Of a stretch of DNA of 64,000 nt, positions 60,136-64,000 are shown piece after piece (positions within the stretch are counted from its first letter, which is position 1; the number at the start of each line of letters is the position of its first letter). The DNA is from an uncultured Pelagibacteraceae bacterium (GTDB lineage Bacteria; Pseudomonadota; Alphaproteobacteria; Pelagibacterales; Pelagibacteraceae). The notes beneath the pieces were generated by a model that ran no database searches, had not been told where the DNA came from, and saw only the letters and a program-made list of their open reading frames with translations. A program made the translations under genes and the position numbers. Where the stretch lies: contig CACOAB010000003.1 of NCBI GenBank assembly GCA_902625125.1, positions 4,849 through 68,848 on the forward strand, in the 5' to 3' direction.

Positions 60136-61140
60136 ATGGTCAAAATAGGAATTAATGGTTTTGGAAGAATAGGGCGGCTTATCTTAAGAGCTTTGTTAGA
60201 AAATTATAAAGGTAAAATTCAAGTAGTAGGGATTAACGACCTTGGTTCCATAGAAGCTAACGCACACTTAATAAAATTTGATAGTACTCACGGAACTTTA
60301 AATCAGGAAGTAAAAACTTCATCGGAAGGGTTCCAAATCGGCGATCAAAACATAAAGGTATTTGCTGAGAGGGATCCTGCAAATCTACCTTGGGGCAAAA
60401 TTGGCGCAAATGTTGTCTTAGAGTGCACTGGATTCTTTTTAGATAAATCTTCAGCAGGTAAACATATAGAGGCTGGTGCAAAAAAAGTAATAATATCTGC
60501 TCCTGCAAAAGAGGTTGATTTTACGGTAGTGCAAGGTGTTAACAGTAAAGATTTAAAAAAAGATCACAATATTATCTCTAATGGATCATGCACAACTAAT
60601 TGTCTAGCCCCAGTAGCAATGGTGTTAGAAAATACTTTTGGAATTGAATATGGTTATATGACCACTATACATAGTTACACTGGTGATCAAAAATTATTAG
60701 ATACTCTTCATAAGGACTTAAGAAGGGCAAGAGCCTCGGGCGATGCAATGATCCCAACATCAACTGGTGCTGCCAAAGCTATGAGTTTAGTTTTACCAAG
60801 TCTTAAAGGAAAATTAGATGGAACTGCTATAAGAGTACCAACACCAAATGTATCATTAATCGATCTCACATTCGTTCCAAAGAAAGAAGTCACAGCCGAG
60901 GGTATTAACGATGCTATGAATAAAGCTGCGAACGGACCTTTAAAAAATATATTAGCGACAAATTCAGCGCCACTAGTTTCTAAAGACTTTAATCATAACC
61001 CGCATAGCTCAATATTTGATTTAACTCAAACGCAAGTTATTAAAGGTAAGTTTTGCCGAGTACTTTCTTGGTATGACAATGAATGGGGTTTTTCGAATCG
61101 AATGTGTGATACAACAATCCAAATTTCTAGTCTTATTTAA
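60136..61140 (+). CDS. gap: Type I glyceraldehyde-3-phosphate dehydrogenase
   Basis: INGFGRIGR, SCTTNCLAP, PTSTGAAKA, RVPT and WYDNEWGFS motifs. Confidence 0.98.
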   Translation: MVKIGINGFGRIGRLILRALLENYKGKIQVVGINDLGSIEANAHLIKFDSTHGTLNQEVKTSSEGFQIGDQNIKVFAERDPANLPWGKIGANVVLECTGFFLDKSSAGKHIEAGAKKVIISAPAKEVDFTVVQGVNSKDLKKDHNIISNGSCTTNCLAPVAMVLENTFGIEYGYMTTIHSYTGDQKLLDTLHKDLRRARASGDAMIPTSTGAAKAMSLVLPSLKGKLDGTAIRVPTPNVSLIDLTFVPKKEVTAEGINDAMNKAANGPLKNILATNSAPLVSKDFNHNPHSSIFDLTQTQVIKGKFCRVLSWYDNEWGFSNRMCDTTIQISSLI

Positions 61141-61300
61141 TTTCTTCAGCTTCCTGAATTAATTTAAGAGTATGTTTAGGAACTTCAGAATAGTCTTTTT
61201 CAGAAGATTTTATTTTTGATATTTTTTTTGTATCTTTAGTTCTAGTCTGAATATCATTAACTGCTGATAAAATTTCATCAATACTATAATTTTGATCCAT
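61133..61300 (-). CDS. Putative 55-aa protein (absent from ORF track), translationally coupled to pyk
   Basis: Manual translation: MDQNYSIDEILSAVNDIQTRTKDTKKISKIKSSEKDYSEVPKHTLKLIQEAEEIK*. TAATG overlap with the pyk stop; fills the gap-pyk gap exactly. Confidence 0.75.
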   Translation of the reverse strand: MDQNYSIDEILSAVNDIQTRTKDTKKISKIKSSEKDYSEVPKHTLKLIQEAEEIK

Positions 61301-62712
61301 TATGTGCCAACTTTATAGAGTCTAATCATGTTTGTCATACCTGCTTTTCCAAATGGTAATCCTGCAGTGATAATAACAAAATCATTTTTTTTAATAAACT
61401 TTAATTTTTTAATGATTTTAGTTGATATAGACATCATATCTTTCCAGCCATTAGCATCGCGACTGTTGATAGATTGTACTCCCCAAAGTAAAGAAACTTG
61501 TCTACAAACATTAATATTAGGAGAGATTGTAACAATCTTTGCAGCAGGACGCATTGCTGAAACCAATTTTGCAGACCTGCCAGAGTTTGAAAAAACAATA
61601 ATAACTTTAACATCTTGGGTATAAGCAATATTCTTTACAGAAAGCAAAATAGATTTTACAGGGTCTTTATTTGAAATCACAGAATTTTTAAAATCTTCAA
61701 TATGCTCTCTTTTATATTTCTCAGTTGAAAGAATAGTTTTAGACATAGTGGAAACAGCTTGAGAAGGAAATTTACCGATGGCTGTTTCAGCAGAAAGCAT
61801 TACTGTATCTGCACCTTGAAAAATTGCTGCAGCAATATCATTTATTTCTGCTCTTGTAGCAGTATTATTCTCGATCATGCTCTCTAACATTTGAGTAGCG
61901 ACAATTACAGATTTAGAAAATTGAGAACATTTTTTAATTAAACTTAGTTGGACTTTTGGAACTTCACTGTGACCAATATCAATAGCTAAGTCTCCCCTAG
62001 CTATCATTAGTGAGTCAGTTGCTTTTATAATATTATTTATATTTTTAAGAGCATGTTTATTTTCAATCTTTGATATAATACCCATATCTTTTTTAATTAA
62101 TTTCCTAGTTTCTAGAATAAGATTCTCACTTTGTAGATAAGATAGGGCAATCCAATTACATCCGAGTTTAATAGCTGTTTTTATATCTTTTTTATCTTTT
62201 GAGGTTAATTTATTAAAAGCAATATCAAAATTACGAATATGAATACTTTTATTACTTTTAATATAACAATTTTGACTTTTACATACAGTTGTTACAGAAA
62301 ATCCTTTTTTTCTAATTACAACAAAAGTAAATTTTCCATCATCTATTAATATTTTGTCACCTTTTTTAATTTTTTTAAGAATTTTCGGATAAGGAAAATT
62401 TACCCTTAAATGATCACCTATATCTTTTTTTATATCAAATATATATTTTTGATTGTATTTAATTTTTTGACCATCTTTTTTTATTTTACCAATTCTTAAC
62501 TTCACACCCTGAAGATCTGCTATTAAGGCGATTTTTTTATTTGTAGATTTTTCTATTTTTCTAATTTTTGAAACAATTTTATTTATACCAGTAGTGTTAT
62601 GACTAAAATTAATTCTAAATGCATCAACACCAAAATTTACAAGTTGCTTCAGCTTAGTATCATTATAAATAGCCGGCCCTAAAGTAGCTATTATTTTAGC
62701 TTTTTTTTCCAT
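61300..62712 (-). CDS. pyk: Pyruvate kinase
   Basis: KIIATLGPA, RINFSH, DLQGVKLR, KIE, MIARGDL, ATQMLESM, TRAE and MLSAETA motifs. Confidence 0.96.
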   Translation of the reverse strand: MEKKAKIIATLGPAIYNDTKLKQLVNFGVDAFRINFSHNTTGINKIVSKIRKIEKSTNKKIALIADLQGVKLRIGKIKKDGQKIKYNQKYIFDIKKDIGDHLRVNFPYPKILKKIKKGDKILIDDGKFTFVVIRKKGFSVTTVCKSQNCYIKSNKSIHIRNFDIAFNKLTSKDKKDIKTAIKLGCNWIALSYLQSENLILETRKLIKKDMGIISKIENKHALKNINNIIKATDSLMIARGDLAIDIGHSEVPKVQLSLIKKCSQFSKSVIVATQMLESMIENNTATRAEINDIAAAIFQGADTVMLSAETAIGKFPSQAVSTMSKTILSTEKYKREHIEDFKNSVISNKDPVKSILLSVKNIAYTQDVKVIIVFSNSGRSAKLVSAMRPAAKIVTISPNINVCRQVSLLWGVQSINSRDANGWKDMMSISTKIIKKLKFIKKNDFVIITAGLPFGKAGMTNMIRLYKVGT

Positions 62713-62724
62713 TTAGAAATTTTT

Positions 62725-62736
62725 ATGTTATAACAT
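62725..62736. promoter_or_regulatory. Palindrome ATGTTATAACAT centred in the pyk / FAH-family divergent gap (bidirectional -10 or operator)
   Basis: Perfect 12-bp palindrome, 12 nt from each start codon. Confidence 0.5.
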
Positions 62737-62748
62737 CATAGATTATAA

Positions 62749-63525
62749 ATGACTAATAAAAATTTAAACAAATATGCAAATAGACTAGTAAATGCATTTC
62801 TTAAAAACAAGATAATTTCGCCACTACCCTTAAAATATACAAAAAAACTTGAGGAAGCACAAAAACTAAGAAGATTATGCGAGAGCAAAATTCATAAACC
62901 TATTAGTGGTTTTAAAGCAGCCGGAACAGGTATTCCTATGCTTAAAAAATTAAACGAGAAGGAACCTTTTTACGCAACTGTATACAAACATAATGTTTTA
63001 AAAAATAGCAAAACAATAAAAATTAATAAGTTTACTATGGGTATAGAATTAGAAGTTTGTTATTTAATAAAAAAAAATTTTTTTGATTTTAATCAGAAGA
63101 TTTCAAAAAAAAATATCAAGAAATTTATTTCACATATAGCTCCATGTATAGAGGTAGTTGGTTATAGACAAAAAAAGAAGGGTATTAAGAGTTTAGGTGA
63201 TTTATGCTCTGATTTCGGTGCTAACGTTAAATTTGTTGTGGGCCCAAAAAAAAAATTTAAAAATCAAAATGTAGAAAAATTAAAAACGAATATTTCTAAT
63301 AAAAAAATTAATCAATCAGTAAATGGTAATACCAATACCGTTTATATTAATCCAATTAATTCATTGAGATTTGTCTTAGGTAAATTACAAAAAGATAAAA
63401 TTAAATTGAATGATGATTTTTATGTTTTTACTGGTTCTTCGGTCGGTGTAGTGCCAATTTTAGGTCAAGGTGTCTACAAGGGTACAATCACAAGTATCGG
63501 ATCAGTGATTGCTAAAATTAGTTAG
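62749..63525 (+). CDS. Fumarylacetoacetate hydrolase superfamily, 2-keto-4-pentenoate hydratase-like
   Basis: GFKAAGT, IELEV, PCIEVV, SDFGAN, NPINSL and TGS motifs. Confidence 0.75.
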   Translation: MTNKNLNKYANRLVNAFLKNKIISPLPLKYTKKLEEAQKLRRLCESKIHKPISGFKAAGTGIPMLKKLNEKEPFYATVYKHNVLKNSKTIKINKFTMGIELEVCYLIKKNFFDFNQKISKKNIKKFISHIAPCIEVVGYRQKKKGIKSLGDLCSDFGANVKFVVGPKKKFKNQNVEKLKTNISNKKINQSVNGNTNTVYINPINSLRFVLGKLQKDKIKLNDDFYVFTGSSVGVVPILGQGVYKGTITSIGSVIAKIS

Positions 63526-63739
63526 ATAAGAAATATCCACCAACAAGAATTAAAGTAATCAAGCTTACAAATTTAATATTTTTTATAAGTTTTATTTTTC
63601 TCTCTCCGGCAAACTTTCTTTGTGCTAAAAAATATATGTTTGATTGTTTTTTATTTCTAAATTTAGGCCTCATCGGATTAGGTATAGTCTTGTTTTTTAT
63701 TGGTCTAAATTTTTTTGGATTTATTTGAAGCACTCTCAA
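63518..63739 (-). CDS. Hypothetical basic protein with C-terminal TM helix (TTG start uncertain)
   Basis: 73-aa ORF filling otherwise empty space; K/R-rich N-terminus and hydrophobic C-terminus. Confidence 0.5.
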   Translation of the reverse strand: MRVLQINPKKFRPIKNKTIPNPMRPKFRNKKQSNIYFLAQRKFAGERKIKLIKNIKFVSLITLILVGGYFLSN

Positions 63740-63808
63740 TTAAACTTCATTTTTATAATGCAAGCAACTAATAGGTGTACTTTTCCTCAACTTTTAGGTG
63801 CGTCATTA

Positions 63809-63837
63809 TTGCAAATGATAATCATTATCAGTATAAT
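63809..63837 (+). promoter_or_regulatory. Sigma70 promoter of the Fe(III) binding-protein gene
   Basis: TTGCAA(63809-14)-17 bp-TATAAT(63832-37). Confidence 0.8.
63816..63830. promoter_or_regulatory. Fur box 1 (7-1-7)
   Basis: TGATAATCATTATCA within the -35/-10 spacer; 63811-29 matches GATAATGATAATCATTATC at 17/19 positions. Confidence 0.9.
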
Positions 63838-63842
63838 GTAAT

Positions 63843-63857
63843 TGATAATCATTATCA
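63843..63857. promoter_or_regulatory. Fur box 2 (7-1-7)
   Basis: Identical TGATAATCATTATCA over the predicted transcription start. Confidence 0.9.
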
Positions 63858-63875
63858 AAATAACGAGGGACAACA

Positions 63876-64000
63876 ATGAAAAAAATAGTAATAGCAATTT
63901 ATATGTTCTTATTTGCATTTGCGGGAAGTTTATTCGCTAATGAAGTAAACATATTTAGTGCAAGGCATTACGACTCAGATGTACAACTTTATGACAAGTT
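63876..64000 (+). CDS. Fe(III) ABC transporter substrate-binding protein (FutA/FbpA-like), 3'-truncated by window edge
   Basis: GAGGGA Shine-Dalgarno; MKKIVIAIYMFLFAFAGSLFA-NEVNIFSARHYDSDVQLYDK has a signal peptide and the SARHY motif; Fur boxes upstream. Confidence 0.88.
   Translation, partial: MKKIVIAIYMFLFAFAGSLFANEVNIFSARHYDSDVQLYDK

Noticed and set aside
63644-63841. 65-aa plus-strand ORF
   Set aside because: It runs through the Fur boxes and promoter and lies antisense to another ORF; no coding features.
1-64000. Numerous 60-150 aa ORFs antisense to core genes; tRNA, rRNA, IS, integrase or prophage genes
   Set aside because: The antisense ORFs lie within well-supported genes and reflect codon bias. 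No tRNA/rRNA-like sequence or mobile-element gene was recognised by eye.

Overview
AT-rich, very compact alphaproteobacterial chromosome segment with many 1-4 nt gene overlaps, most consistent with SAR11/Pelagibacterales (inferred from composition, gene order and streamlining). About 1-27 kb is a core backbone: nuoLMN-birA-coaX-rnj-DUF1467-proS-lolC/E-lolD-dnaE, then rpsB-tsf-frr-uppS-cdsA-dxr-bamA-skp-lpxD-fabZ-lpxA-lpxI-(PQQ sugar dehydrogenase)-lpxB-HDAC. A small variable patch follows at 27-29 kb (40-aa small ORF, exported MsrB, Pro/Glu-repeat membrane protein, solo Cas4/RecB-like nuclease). Next come gltX, lexA with two SOS boxes, trpCDGE-ppiD, tpiA-secG-pyrG-kdsA-eno-ftsB-lipA-ratA, cinA-pgpA-ispDF and ntrY-ntrX-trkA-trkH. 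The most notable block (51.5-62.7 kb) is a glycerol utilisation module: atypical GpsA-family dehydrogenase, glycerol kinase, a six-gene GlpVSTPQU-type ABC importer, GAPDH and pyruvate kinase, with no glpD or glpR in the window. Two small ORFs missing from the ORF track (40 aa and 55 aa) were read manually. The window ends in a Fur-boxed Fe(III) binding-protein gene. No tRNA, rRNA, CRISPR array or mobile element was recognised. All calls are by eye, without database searches.
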